Below, in pieces: positions 25,680 through 38,260 of a stretch of DNA of 64,000 bases; the stretch's first letter is position 1; every line of letters begins with the position of its first letter. Origin of the DNA: Ramazzottius varieornatus (lineage: Eukaryota > Animalia > Tardigrada); the NCBI GenBank assembly GCA_001949185.1, contig BDGG01000001.1, forward strand, positions 6,175,591-6,239,590, in the 5' to 3' direction. The notes under the pieces were generated by a model, which saw only the letters and a list, made by a program, of their open reading frames with translations, did not search any database and was not told the DNA's origin. The position numbers were made by a program, and so were the translations under genes.

Positions 25680-26257
25680 CTAATTACCGTCATCATTATA
25701 GGCGCTGACGCCAATTGCGTGGCTGCGGCTACGACGTGGTGCAGAAAGCAAAGCCCAGAATGGGATGTTCGGCGCTTCCAACGGAACAGGCGCATTGAAG
25801 TCCCAGCTAGCCATCATAGAAGGTCCGCGCGGCATGAGCGGGGCGGGCTTGACCTGTGGCGTGGGTGGGCTCATCCAGTAGAGTCCTTCTTTGTCTTCCT
25901 TTGAGAGGTTTTCGCTAAGCGGGGGAGACTGGCGGTCGGCTATGCGACCGAAGACTCGCTGGCTGAAATATGGTGGAGGACGACGGGCGAAGGACTGAGC
26001 GTATTCGTTTCGGCGAATGATAGGTCGGTGCCGAGAAGCCGCTCCAGAGTTGTAGAGAAGACGCGGATCGTGACCGACAACTGAAGTTCCCTCCCACGAA
26101 CTCAAATCGTCGTCGTTAAAGGTAGACTGGGCTGTGGTGTAGACAAAGGTGCAACAAATGACCTGGGATACAAAAGCCTCTTCAGATTTATTTGGAAAAG
26201 TAACGCACCATGTTTCGGAAAGTAACGCACCATCAAAAGGATCCCCAAGTTCGCCAT
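25680..26257 (-). CDS. Small secreted protein (about 169 aa), candidate peptide precursor; intron 26163-26230
   Basis: Exon 1 MANLGILLM spliced in phase 0 (GTGCGT..CCCAG) to VICCTFVYTTAQS.., which gives a signal-peptide-like N-terminus in frame with ORF 25680-26105. Confidence 0.65.
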
Positions 26258-26570
26258 GATGAGGGTTCGGTTCTGTTCCGTTCAGATATTACGGGGAAAA
26301 AACAACCATCCGAGCGACCAAAGAAGCCGCTTGAAGATCACACTGGAATTTGGCAGGTTCGAGGTCGACAGACTGGCAGAACGTTAAAAGTCAACACCGG
26401 AACACACGGATGCGATTAAGAGAAACAACAAGTACCGGCTGCTGAAAGCTTCACAGAGACAAACCGAAAGAAAGAAAGAAAAACGTTCGAATAAAAGATT
26501 GGAGGAATCTTTCGGCAGTTAGTTGTAAAGACGTGGAAGATACTCTAACCAATACATAACCAACTGTTTT

Positions 26571-26818
26571 ATATGAGCAGTGGGCTAAGTAACTCAGGTG
26601 TCACGTGGTGAAATTTTCATTTGTTGGAAGATCACGGCCAAACTTGGCTTTGCCGTCTCACGTCAATTTGACGTCTTGGTCAAGTTGGTCGCCCAAATAG
26701 CACGAATGAAAACAGCAACTTCAACGTCATTGACGTGAAACGTATACGAGCCAGCAGTCCCTCAACAAGTCTGTTTTTTACCACGTGACACCTGAGGTAC
26801 TTTGCCCACTGCTCATAT
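26571..26818. mobile_element. MITE with about 40-bp TIRs, TA-flanked
   Basis: ATATGAGCAGTGGGCTAAGTAACTCAGGTGTCACGTGGT and ACCACGTGACACCTGAGGTACTTTGCCCACTGCTCATAT are near-perfect reverse complements. Confidence 0.85.
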
Positions 26819-27689
26819 GCTCTGGCTCACCGCGCATCCTAACACGAGAAAAGTATTCGTCGATTACGCTGTATGCCACGCCCTCATGAGATCACCGCAC
26901 TGGCAAGATAGCTTTTCGTTGCTCTGCTCGGTGTGACACCATTGCTGGGCGAATATGTCACATACTGTTGTCCTCTGAATTCTAGGTTCTTTCCTATAGA
27001 GGAGCTGCATCGTTACAGATCCGCTTTGAGAGCTGAACCGTGCAGTACGGGAAAGACTGCTCGTAGCGCCATCATACGTACACGTCGACGAGAAAATATG
27101 GGCCAGGCGGAGCAGACGGCAAAATACAAATCCAACCGTAGAGAAGGGACAGAAAGTATCAATACATTAGTGTGAATGAGTCGCGTACGTACAAGCTTCC
27201 GTACCGCCGCAGCGAAAAGGCCCTGGTCCATATTTTTCACTGGCCCGTTGTTTCTTGTCGTTCGTGTGCTGATTCGAGGTTCCGTGTTGAAAGACCCAAG
27301 AATCATTTCGACACTTCCAATGGAACACTCAGAAATATATCCGAAAAAAACTATCACAAAATACGTATTTCATCTGTCATTATTATCCCAGCGGGAGCAG
27401 GCCGTTCCAATTTCCAGGAAGGCTCGTCGAAAGTGACTGCATTATGGTACTGACATCGTAAACATCGAAGAAAGTTCTGATATGAACGGGATATGCCTGC
27501 AGCTAAAGTGCCTTTCCCGCTGAACTTGTAATAGAGGAGGTGAAACTTTCATGTTACAGTATAATTAGTGTGACATCAACCAAGGTAATTCTACTACAAA
27601 ATCTTCTTTGCTCAAACTTCGTCCGTGATATTGAAAAATTTTCCAGGCTTTGATTTTCCAGTTCCGGACGCAGAAGGGGAGACGACGAA

Positions 27690-30600
27690 ATGGAACCTCA
27701 AGTCAACAACACAGTGGATCAATGGACCAACGTTGTCTTACTTGTCGCGACATTTTATGAAACAATTCATTACTTACCAGCGTACCGAATGATCATCGAC
27801 GAGGCCAATCGAGTCCCAGGAACCAACGTACATTTCGACATGGCGCCTGTTGCAAATGCCAATATGACCAGCTGCCCGGAATCGAACGCCAACATTGTGA
27901 ATCTGTTCTCCCAATATTACTACACGGAAAACCTTGGACAAAATATCACAATCTCCATGTCCCCCTGTAAGCCGCCGGTTGCACGAGATCTGTCCTTTCC
28001 AGTCCACTTTACCCCGTAGCTTGAAACTGAACGTGAATCGGACGTTATATTCCTTTGCAGTATGTGCAACTTCCATTCTGGAAGTTTCGCCGCTGTTACG
28101 AGGTACGCTTTGGCGCGATACCTGTGCAAGCTAAAGTATTGATATTTACCAGTGTCGTTTACTTTCCTCTAGAATGGGATATTCCGTTTTTCACACTGTA
28201 CGTACTGCACGAACAACCGATAGGAAAAGCCTTTTTTGAGCTTAAACTTTAGTCTCCTGTAGCTGCGTACTGTATAGACTTGCGGTCCCATACTGTGGCA
28301 GCACATTTAGTGGCCACCAAGTTACGGGTTTCAGGTCTGGAAATGTGAAAGAAATGCGGGACCCTATGAAACACCCTACGCTAATGTCTACCAGTGTTTC
28401 TGAAAACTTTGTGATGCAAAGATTCATCAAGTCGGTTCTTCTCGACTTCCGATGGACAACAGTCTTCTTCTTGTGCGATGAAGGAAGCCCCAACTCCTTT
28501 TACATCAATAACTGCAAGGGACTGCGGTCGCTGCTTGACCACGATCCAAAGTTCCTGGTGAGGGCAATCACCGTCAACACTCGCCCTCCCAGCACACTGA
28601 ACTACGAGCTGGTACTCCCGTTAATCGCCAGGCAGTCTAGAGGTGCGTGCTTGAGTTCACTTATGCCTTTCCAGGACGTCCATAAAAAAGTTGAAATCAT
28701 GGACATTAGTCAATAATGTATCTTGGTAGTCGTGTTATTGATGCTTGACATGCACTCCACACGGGAATTCCTGGTAAGTCTCTTTTCCTCACAAGCCGCG
28801 TTTCGTAAGTTCTCAAGTGCGGTTGAAGAAACCATGGAGTCCTTCCAGGTGAACGCATATCACAGGAACATGACCGGGAGCGATTATGTAGGCTGGTGTT
28901 ATGCCTGAGCTCAATGTCGTTTCGGCTTGCGAAGTGGTTATAACCCGGTATATCTGGATAATTGAGTGTTCGTTCCAGGTTTATTTCTTCCCACAAGCCT
29001 TTTTCCTTCCGGTTTATTTTCCGCACTTGACTTGGAAATGGAACACAACAGACGATTTGGTAATGGCTTTCGGTAATCTAAGTAATCCGCGCTCGTCGAG
29101 CGTCCAAGACAGACGATTGCTAACCTAGATACCTTCGTTCCAGATAGTTCGACAAGCACTTTCTTCCGTTTTCTACATTATCTCTGACGCTGAAATCCTA
29201 TCGAGCAAGCTGTCCAACAAGACGAAAAATGCTGTCCTAAAACTGATCAATATTAATCTTCCGAACGGAAGGATCGAAACCGAGGTAACCGGTGGTTACT
29301 TTCATGGGCCTGGCACCTTCTTGTGCTTCTCAAAACCACGATCCTGGCCAGTCTCATCTCTTCAGATTCCGGCTGAGCTCATTGCCGCGCTCCAGACAGT
29401 CGAGGTGATTGTACAGGTCTGTCAAGAAGCTCGCATAATCACCTCCAAACCAACCTAACAAACGCCAGGTTGGTTCACAGACTTCCAACAATCTGATCAG
29501 AGCGAACCCTGGAGTAGGTGCTAAGCGCCTACTGGGCGGAAGACGGTTCAAGATATCGACCGTCAACCGCACCATTGTTCAAGCCACTGCAGACGTCTAC
29601 TTCGATCAAGATGGCTTCAAAATCCCCAACTATCTATTGAAACAGTTCGACTTAAACACCCATCACTACGAGGTACACGAACGACGAGAAATTATGGGAC
29701 AGGACTTTTCGCTGTGGCGGTACGGAAGCATGCGCGTATACTGTCTACAAGAAAAAACCGACCCCCTACTCTCTAATCCAAAGATTCATAACTTTTGTTC
29801 CAACACTCCGATCTGCAAGCTTTGTGCCGGTTCTGGATACGAAGGATCGTGTCCACTCTGTCTGGTTCCAGTTTCAGTTCACACAGTTTAGTTTTACTCC
29901 CGACAACTTTAGTTTTATCCTCGTTCAAAGGCATTTCACTCCCCCGAATTTCAGTTTTACTCCGCAGATTTAGTTCTACTCCCCACCAACTTAGTTTTAC
30001 TCTTCTCAACATCGTTTTAGTCCTCCAAATTTCAGTTTCAGTCCCGAGATCCATTTTCAGTCCCGAATAATCCAGAGTTAGTTTTCTCAAAAACATTCTA
30101 GTCTTTTGGATCTAAAATTTGGTCCTAACTTTAAATTTCAGTTCGAAGCAGTAGATTTTCAGTCTTTACAAAACCAGATGTTCATTTAAAACGGTATCTT
30201 ACGTCGAAGACCTAACTTAATCCCAGTGGCGGCCGCATTGTTTGCAAAATCTTTCATGCTCTTGAGGGTTTTCAGTCTTTGACTTTGACTCTGAAGTTGT
30301 CTTTAACTTTTGAATATTTGTCACGTCATTTCAGTTTTACTCCCGTGGATTCTGGTTTTCGTCTTCCGTATTAGTTTTACTCTAATGAGTTTGAATTTTA
30401 CTCTCGGTCTTCGCATTTTAGTCTTTGGCTCTTAACATTTCGTCTGGGAATTTTAGTTTTACTCTCGCCTAACTCTCGAGAGTAAAACTGCAACTGGAGA
30501 AAAGAGTACATTAATCTACTCTAGAGTATACCTAATTACAGCACTGCAGCATAGCATGATCCGGTCATCGAAAAACAAGTGAGCCTTTCCTTTTGGAAGT

Positions 30601-32425
30601 ATTTTAAATATTCGATGCTATCGCGCAGCACGCCATCGTTCACGTGAAGTACAGCCCGGTCCGGTTTCACTGCCTGCGCAATTCCCTACGGGGGTGCATC
30701 GACAGGTAAGGGTACGTACTGCGCGATAGCATCAAATATTTACAGTACAAGTACTTGGCTACGACGCGAAGAAAAAACAGAGAGAATCAGGTGTTCCGTC
30801 CGGCGGAACACCTGATTCTCGTTGACGCAAAGTACGAGGGAAAGGTTGTGAACTTAGCCGCCCCATATTTGCAAAGTTAGCCACGGCTGTAGCGTCTATC
30901 GCTGGATTGACTATTTGATTGTCAGCCTTGGCTTTTTAACATGGGATTTCAACGTTTCTTTAGCACTTAAAAGACCAAGGGAGTACCCTGGTTGCCTGGC
31001 GCACCCTAACTACCTTGCGGAATGGTTTTTGTTGAACCTTTTCCCCTCGGATTTCCACCTTTGCTTTCAGAAACTTTGTTTTTACTAATCCAAGAAGACG
31101 GGCACTAACTAGAGCGTTCTGGAAATTTCTGAAAAGTTTCTCGTTTTTGGCCAGATTTCGTCTTGAGTTGAAAGATCAAATTTTTACTCAAGACCTGGTT
31201 GACGGAAAGGTTTCTTAAAAATTAGGAACAAAGCTAGTACATTGATAAGATCTTAGAAGCTTCTATATGCCTCGTATTGTGCGGCCAGTGGTCAGAGCAA
31301 AATCACATAGGTCTAGCTCCTCGATTCCCTAGGCGGCACATTTCACCAACGGAATGCGGAGCGTACATGTGGTGATTGGCCCGAGCTGACCCACCCCATG
31401 ACTTCAGCCAGTTAAAAAATGGGGAAGGTGATCTACCACCCTCGTACTCCCAGAGCCTGGAATTGCGTGGTCTTTCAAGTGTTAATTGCGGATCTCTTGG
31501 ATTCTCTGGCTCCTCGCGTTGACTGCACTTAATACCATCCGACAGCTCATCATTCTATGTATCGATCTAATTTTGAAAGTTTGGGATTGAGTAGTAGAGA
31601 ACAGGCGAACTTAGACGGCTAACTTTACAACCTTTCCCTCGTACGGATACTGTACTTTGTGATTCCGAAATTCAAAATTTATGCTGAAATAGCACAGAAG
31701 TCGCTGCATGTCCCTCCTCGACGGGACATCCGATTCTCTTGGTTTTTTACCCTCGTGTCGTTGCCAAGTACTTGTACAAGTACTTGAACTGTTTCTGTAT
31801 GACCAGACCACGCTATGCTGCTCCTAAATTAGGACCGTCTTTCAGTGTGGCAAACCTTACCATGTTGGTTGGTTTGCCGACTGGCGCCTTCGAACAGCAC
31901 GTGACAGATTAGACAAAATCCGCCGTTCCCTGAAGCAGTTCAAAGTTTGCAGATCGGACTGTCGAAAGTACTGAATCTGTGAGTGAAAGAGTAGGTGGTC
32001 GGTTTTTTTCTTGTAAACGGTGCACTTGACTGATTCACTCTGATACATTTTTCGACGCTTCTCTGTGATCAAACTTTGATTCTGCCGCCCTTTCCGCCGG
32101 TATCGTAGTTTCTCGTCGAACGTGTACCGTCCGCGAGTTGCAGATCCCGGCACATCTGAAGCATGCCTCTCTCCAGTCTACAAGCTTTTACTATGTATTT
32201 ACAGAACGTTCTGCTCTACGATGGTAGACTGCAGAAGTCGTTCCTGGCCTTTGACCGAAATTTCACCTGGTCGAAGGGACACCCGCCTGAAAACGAACCT
32301 CGATGCGGGTTCGATGGAACGGATCCGTCCTGCCATCAAGGACCAGGAAGAGATATGATAATCATGGCGTCGACTCTAGGTGCAACTGCATTGATCGGCG
32401 TTTTGACAACAGCTGCAGTTCTCCG
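27690..32425 (+). CDS. Single-pass membrane protein with ANF/natriuretic-peptide-receptor-type ectodomain; no kinase or cyclase domain seen; 5' and 3' ends uncertain (possible last exon to 33421)
   Basis: Multiple short in-frame exons: EWDIPF, HPTL, LLDFRWTTVFFLCD, IARQSR-VVLL, AYHRNMTGSDY-VYF, NRTI..ADVYFDQDG, W..GHPPENEPRCGFDG (receptor guanylyl cyclase juxtamembrane motif), then TM helix IIMASTLGATALIGVLTTAAVL. Confidence 0.8.
29868..30546. repeat. Degenerate array of TT(C/T)AGTTTTACTC motifs ending in a CAGTG-type terminus (non-autonomous DNA transposon remnant)
   Basis: Motif recurs many times at 20-25 nt spacing; right end CTAATTACAGCACTG resembles the termini of the 34433-35469 element. 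Left TIR not found. Confidence 0.6.
30599..30748. mobile_element. About 150-bp MITE (TACTGTAA-type terminus)
   Basis: GTATTTTAAATATTCGATGCTATCGCGCAGCACG and CGTACTGCGCGATAGCATCAAATATTTACAGTAC are inverted repeats. Confidence 0.75.
30833..31643. mobile_element. Mariner-like MITE family B (TA + CGAGGGAAAGGTTGT..), long copy
   Basis: TACGAGGGAAAGGTTGTGAACTTAGCCG ... CGGCTAACTTTACAACCTTTCCCTCGTA; a homologous shorter copy lies at 51846-52167. Confidence 0.85.
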
Positions 32426-34432
32426 GTACGCTACTAGTAAGGACCACGCCCAACCGTAATAGTGTGAGGAGTGTAGACAGCATTTATCGAAAAGACAATA
32501 CGAGGTAAACGACATAATGCGGGCAAAGTGGTTTTTCACTCGTAATTCCGGTATATTTTTTCTCGAATTCTGCTGCGCGTAATGAACTGCTTCTTGTTTT
32601 CTGAGGTAGACTGATCTCTCTTCTCGAGTTTTAAATAGGTCTGAGAACAACAAAGTGTTGTGGATGACAGGAATTTGGCCTGGTAGAGAGGTGGGTCTGT
32701 CCGATGTTAGAAAGCCTAATGTTGTGTCAACAGACGTACGATGAGAGATGAATCAAGCATTGACGATAATGTTCAAACGTTTTGCGTTGCCCGAAATATG
32801 GTGCGAAACTCAATATGCCCGAATTATGTCGTTTACCTCGTAATTTGTTCTTAAAAAGTGAGGAGCAAAGCGAAACATAAAAACTAACAACTACACATGA
32901 AAGAATGAAACTTTTTTTATCGTGCAGGTATTTTGGCATCAAATACGCGAATCAGCATTCGGCATTCCTCGAAGCTGACACCTTGTCTTTGCGTTCAGCA
33001 AGCCCGAAAATTTTCATGTGTTGACTAGCAAACACCGCAATGGCTGACAATCCTTTTTACCTTTACGTGGAACTTTGGCTTTCAACTGTAGATTGTCTCA
33101 TGTATTTGTTCGTATACAGAAGTGCTTATGTGTGGTCCCGTTAGCGCGTGAACCAGTTCGTAGCATGTTTATCATTCTGATACGTAGTTATCAGCCAAAT
33201 GGATTTCGCCAGTGACATCATCAGTGCAGGATCGGTATGGTGGTTTGAAATCGTGCAGGAGATTGGCTCGATTTATAACTATTTGTCAAGTACTGCGATT
33301 CGATAATCCACCGTCAATGCACGCGGAAGAGCACCAACGCATCAAAAGTCTGTTGAATGAACCCTGGGTAATCACCCGTCTTTGGCTGTCGGATGCGACG
33401 AACGTTCACACTGATCAGTGAAGTTAGATATGGTGACTTAAGGTACCCAAATAAAGTTGCTGGCCTTCCGCTGTATCTTTCGGTGATATGAGCTGGACCC
33501 TCACTCTGATTTAGCATTTGCAATCAGGAGGTGAACGATATGGAACCATGGGCCAACACTACGGCACCGGCTGGACTGGTCACCAGTGTTATGCAGTGTA
33601 AAAGTAGAGCCATCTCCTCGAAGCTTCAAAGTCTTTCATACCCATTTCATCGGCCACTTGTGGAGCAATTCTTCGGATATCCCCCTCCTAAATTCGCTTC
33701 CCTTCTTTTCGGTCGAGCATCGTCGAATCTTCTGTGGATTTCGTCGTCCAAAGCGGCTTCCTCCTACCTTTGGTTCTTGCTGGTTGTCTGTTTGGAAGAA
33801 AAAACGCTCGTTAAGACGAATATTAAGCCAGAGAATAGGAAGTATTGATAACTTACAACCATCCTCGAAGCATATATTTCGGGACCCTGTGTTCTTTTGC
33901 AAACCTGTTCACAGGTTCTCCCGGGCTAGGAAACAACTCGACAGTACAGTTTGTCTTTCTGTCCTCATACTTGGTCCGCTTCCTAATTTGCCCTAACGAA
34001 TCCATAGCAGTGCAGTTAGTCAGAGAGCTTCAGTGTACGCCAATATGGTCATCCCAAACTAGGCGCAGTTTTTGGGCGTGGTTTCCCTGCATGACGTAAA
34101 TAAACAGCTGATCAAGAAGTCAGTAGGTTACAGCTTTGTCAGCGTTCGATCGGTTAACCCCGCCCAGATTGAGGTGACCATATTGGCGTAGACTGTACAT
34201 GCGCCCTGACTTTAAGCAGCGTAAGTGTAAACTCGATATAATCGTAATATCGAGAAGACAATCAAATAATCTGCTCCGTCTGAACTCCCATATGGCTTTA
34301 CTTGCGGATAAGTCTCGAGCGTACGATGATGTGGTTGGCGAAGTTCATGAAGCATTTCAGTGTACGATAGACGAGCAGTGAACCCTTTGTATCCCTTAAG
34401 CAAATGTTCTCGTTTGAGATGGACGAGCGTTA

Positions 34433-35469
34433 CGGTGTTGTATTTAGTTTCAGTCCCTCATTCAGTTGCAGTTTTCGTCGGACAGGAATCAATTCAGTCT
34501 CACGGTATATCGATTCATCACACTGAACTGTTTTAAGTCAGTTTACATATCAGTGTCAGTCAGACTGATATACAGTATTTCAGTCTCCTAACATCTCAGT
34601 TTCAGTCTGGACGAAATAAATTCAGTCTCTGGACATTTAGTTTCAGTCCTTGGACGACCAATTTAGTCTCTAAAATTCCAGTTCTAGTCTCGAGACTGAA
34701 ACTGGATCTTGAACCATATGAGTTTCGTTCCTCGAAATTTAGTCTCTATATCAGTCCCCTGAAAACTTTCGTTCTCCCACAGTCTTTCATGGTGAATGCA
34801 GGGAAATTTTCTACATGGCTGAAATGGGCGAAGACAAGGTGATAATGTAGTTCAGCAAATACGTCTGAATTTTCGGGACCCTGAGGGAGATTCCCAACGT
34901 TTCTCGTTACACTTTGAGGAACACGATTCTAGAGTCGGAATATCAGTTCTGAACACTACGTGAATTCTTCACTCGTACTTCCATATGCACATCTCCACAA
35001 GAATTCTTTTTACGCCTTTCACATCGTACTTCTAAGAGAAGGCGATGCGAATTATTCAAAAGTCATTACGGAACCGTTCTGCGAAGAAATATCTAATGCT
35101 AGTTTCGAAGACTAAAACGGTGTTTTTTTGTCAGTTTCAGTCTTTTTTAGTCTTTCAGAACTTCGTCTACGTCTAAAACAGGTTTTGATCACAGGCATTT
35201 CAATTTCATCCTTGCATTTTATCTCAGTCCCCAAGTCGTCAGTTTCGGTCTCTCGTACATCAGTTTTAGTGTGTGCATATCACTTTCAGTCTCACAGATG
35301 TATAGCTTCAGTCCTTGCTCTGTCAGTTCATTCTCTACCATCTCAGTCTCAGGACGACTGAATGATCTCAGTCTCAGTACGCTAATTCAGTCTAGTCTAA
35401 AGACGAAAACTGATACTGATTTAAAAACTGATTTTTTTCAGTCTCAGACTGAAACTAAACACCACACTG
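34433..35469. mobile_element. About 1-kb non-autonomous element with TIR C(A/G)GTGTTGTATTTAGTTTCAGTC and subterminal TTCAGTC repeats (family C)
   Basis: Left CGGTGTTGTATTTAGTTTCAGTC, right GACTGAAACTAAACACCACACTG; dense TTCAGTC motifs in both arms. Confidence 0.75.
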
Positions 35470-35705
35470 GATCGCAACAGTCTTTTATCGCATTTGACCG
35501 GAACGTCACATAGCCAAATGGGCGACTACCACAGACAAAACCACGATGTGGGTTTGACGGAGCCAACCTTTTACGTCAACTGGATTCAGAAAAGAAAAGC
35601 GAGCCTTGCGCCTTCGACGTTAACCTTCGTTGCTTTTTTTGGTCGCAGTAATCGTTTCGCTATTTGGTCAGGCAAATTTCCATTACACGCACGCTGATGA
35701 ATTTC

Positions 35706-36087
35706 GGGCCAGGAAAAGTATGGGCCAAGCGGTTCCGACACAGCGGCACGGAAGTACGTACCTGCGTGCGCGACTGTCTGACAATTGGGCACTGGGCAGA
35801 GTTCCTCAGCCCTCTAGGGTCACGGCATAGAGGCACAGTCGATCAAATTTTAACAAGGGCTAGGGTGAACGAAGGGAGAGGGTTCGGTCTGCTGCGTGAA
35901 AGCCAAGGATTAGCATGTGATACCCAAATACCCCGTAAACCTTCCCTTGTCCTATGTTAAATTTCATCAGCCTTACCTCTACGTCGTGACAGCAGAAAGC
36001 TGAGGAACTCTGCCCAGCACCCAATTTTCTACGGTTGGATTTCGGTATTGCCATCTTTTGCGTCTAGCCCATACTTTTTACTGGCCT
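35706..36087. mobile_element. MITE with GGGCC.. termini (PIF/Harbinger-like)
   Basis: GGGCCAGGAAAAGTATGGGC / GCCCATACTTTTTACTGGCCT, plus an inner inverted pair CTGGGCAGAGTTCCTCAGC / GCTGAGGAACTCTGCCCAG. Confidence 0.7.
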
Positions 36088-37221
36088 ATACTTCCTCATC
36101 TTGCGTGTACAGGCACATTGCGCATTAGTCTTTACCCGTGTACCGGAATGTCCTTAGGTCTGTTACAAGCCGAACAAGCTTCGCAAGCGAATGCCCGACG
36201 GGTCTTCATTGAAGCCGAAGCGGTGCATTTGTAGCAGGCCAAATTCACAAGCTTTGGCTTTTATCACCAGAATTTATTTACCGTGATATTTATTCAGCTG
36301 TATTGCCTGTATAGCACGGTAATATCGGAAATGTGGAAGCATGGTCTAGAACTTAATTGGGGTAACGGTCGGAGGTAATCAGACACGCCCACGAACATCG
36401 ATGACGTTCGTGGGCGTGTCTGAAATCTAACCGTGCATCCCATGAAACCCTCCCTTTCGTAGGTTCGAGAGACCTTCGATTAAATAATCCGTTAAATTAT
36501 TCCTCATGAAATTCCTACTAGTTTTCCAGATTTCGTCTGTTTTCCAAAGCAGGAATTCCACCGTTGCGAATCCTCACCCCCTGGAATGGAGAGGAATTCC
36601 TGGAAAGGAACGGAATATGGGAAGGAATGGAACTTGGAATGCACAACCTTTCGCGTGAAAACGACAAGATCAAGCTTGATCAGCGTTAGTGATGTTGACA
36701 TAAGGGTATTCAGATCTGATATGATTTTGATTCAATAAAACCGAGCTGCCAGGGTTGGAATTCAATGTTAATATAATATGCCGTGACCTCGGAACACCTA
36801 ATAGGATGTCAATATATTAACTTGTTTCGTCGGGTCCTTATCATAATATATTACAGTCCAGTCGTTCGAGATGTGTACATCGCTCTCCGATTTCAAAACT
36901 GCAAAATCACAGTAAGCACAAGACTGCTCGCCATAGCCCTTATTGATTATTTGTTCATTCACGCAACAAAGGCAGCCTGTTGCATCTACTTTTCGCTCTT
37001 CTCAAATTTCCGAACTTTCTCTTCCCTACCACGTCGCGTGTTTCCTAGACAAGCAGTGAAGAGTTGAGAATTCGTCCGTAGACTGAAGCTTTGATCGATA
37101 GAAAGGACATTTGATGGAGTATATTTCACGGATAAGCAGTAAACGACGAGAGGCACTTCCGGTTGATCTCTTCAGCCGACAAATCCCTGTTTCCAGCGAA
37201 CTCGTCTTGCTGACCGCTGAG

Positions 37222-38260
37222 ATGGCATCTGAATCTAATCCTGCTGGTAATGGGTCCACTGTTGTTGCTCGAGGAAGGACTGGCGATAGGCTGACGTTGG
37301 AGGAAAAGCGAAAGATACTGGAACTATATCCGTCGCAGGTAAAACCTTTGATGTTTGCAGGGGAACCAGAGATCGTGGGCTGACCTTTCTTTTTGTGTTA
37401 GGTGACTCTGAGGGAAGTCATGGAAAAGTTCAACGTCCGCTCCCGATCGAATATTGCAAAACTTGGCAAACAGCAAGGTAGAAATTCTACCTCTCAAAGT
37501 AACTTCTCTGAAGTTCTGTAGTAGTACAGCATTACTTGCAGGCGAAGAAGCAGGAAGTAACTGGATAAGGGACAAGTTGCCTGAGATCCTTCAGGGATAC
37601 AAGAACGGTGACATCTTAATTGTGATGAAACCGGAAGCTACTGTCGCCCTACGCCTCGAAAGATTCTTCTTAAGGTTGGACAAAGGATGAAAGGCGGAAA
37701 GAAAGTGACGGAACGGATATCGGTCATGCTCTGCTACAGTGCGTCCGGCGAGAAGCTTCCTCCCCTTGTCATAGGACGGTCCAAAAAGCCGCGTGCCTCC
37801 ACCAAGGTAAAGCTAGACTTCGAGAAAGCTGGCTTTACGTGGGCGAACAACAAAAAATCCTGGATAACAAAGGCCGTCTTTACTCCCTGGTTGAAAGAAC
37901 TAAACGAGAAAATGGAAAAACAGAAGCGGCAAATCTTGCTCTTGCTGGACAACGCATCAGGCCACAAGGGCGATAGTCTATCTCATGTGAAGCGCGTTTT
38001 CTTGCCTCCTAAACAAACCAGCAGAATCCAGCCTCTCGATCAAGGAATTATCAAGGCCTTCCAGGCACATGAAAGCGCTGCCAAAGCTGACCATCGCCGC
38101 GAAAACAGAGAACTTCCAGAACCTCGAGAAATATGAAAGGTCCCTAACAGTTCTGCATTCGATCAAATGGATTGTGAAGGCATGGTCAGAAGTTGATAGT
38201 TCGACTATACGAAACTGCTTCCGCAAAGCTGGTGCGTTCCATATGGTAGAAAACATGTAG
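37222..38260 (+). pseudogene. Decayed pogo/Tigger-family (DDE_1) transposase
   Basis: HTH-psq-like RLTLEEKRKILE; DDE_1 motifs ERISVMLC.SASGEKLPPLVIGRSKKPR, NKKSWIT, LLLLDNASGH, FLPP..TS.IQPLDQGII, AWSEV..TIRNCFRKAG, split across frames. Confidence 0.9.

Noticed and set aside
29868-30500. CRISPR-like repeat-spacer array
   Set aside because: Repeats are about 13 nt and degenerate with very short spacers; the context is a eukaryotic intron with no cas genes.
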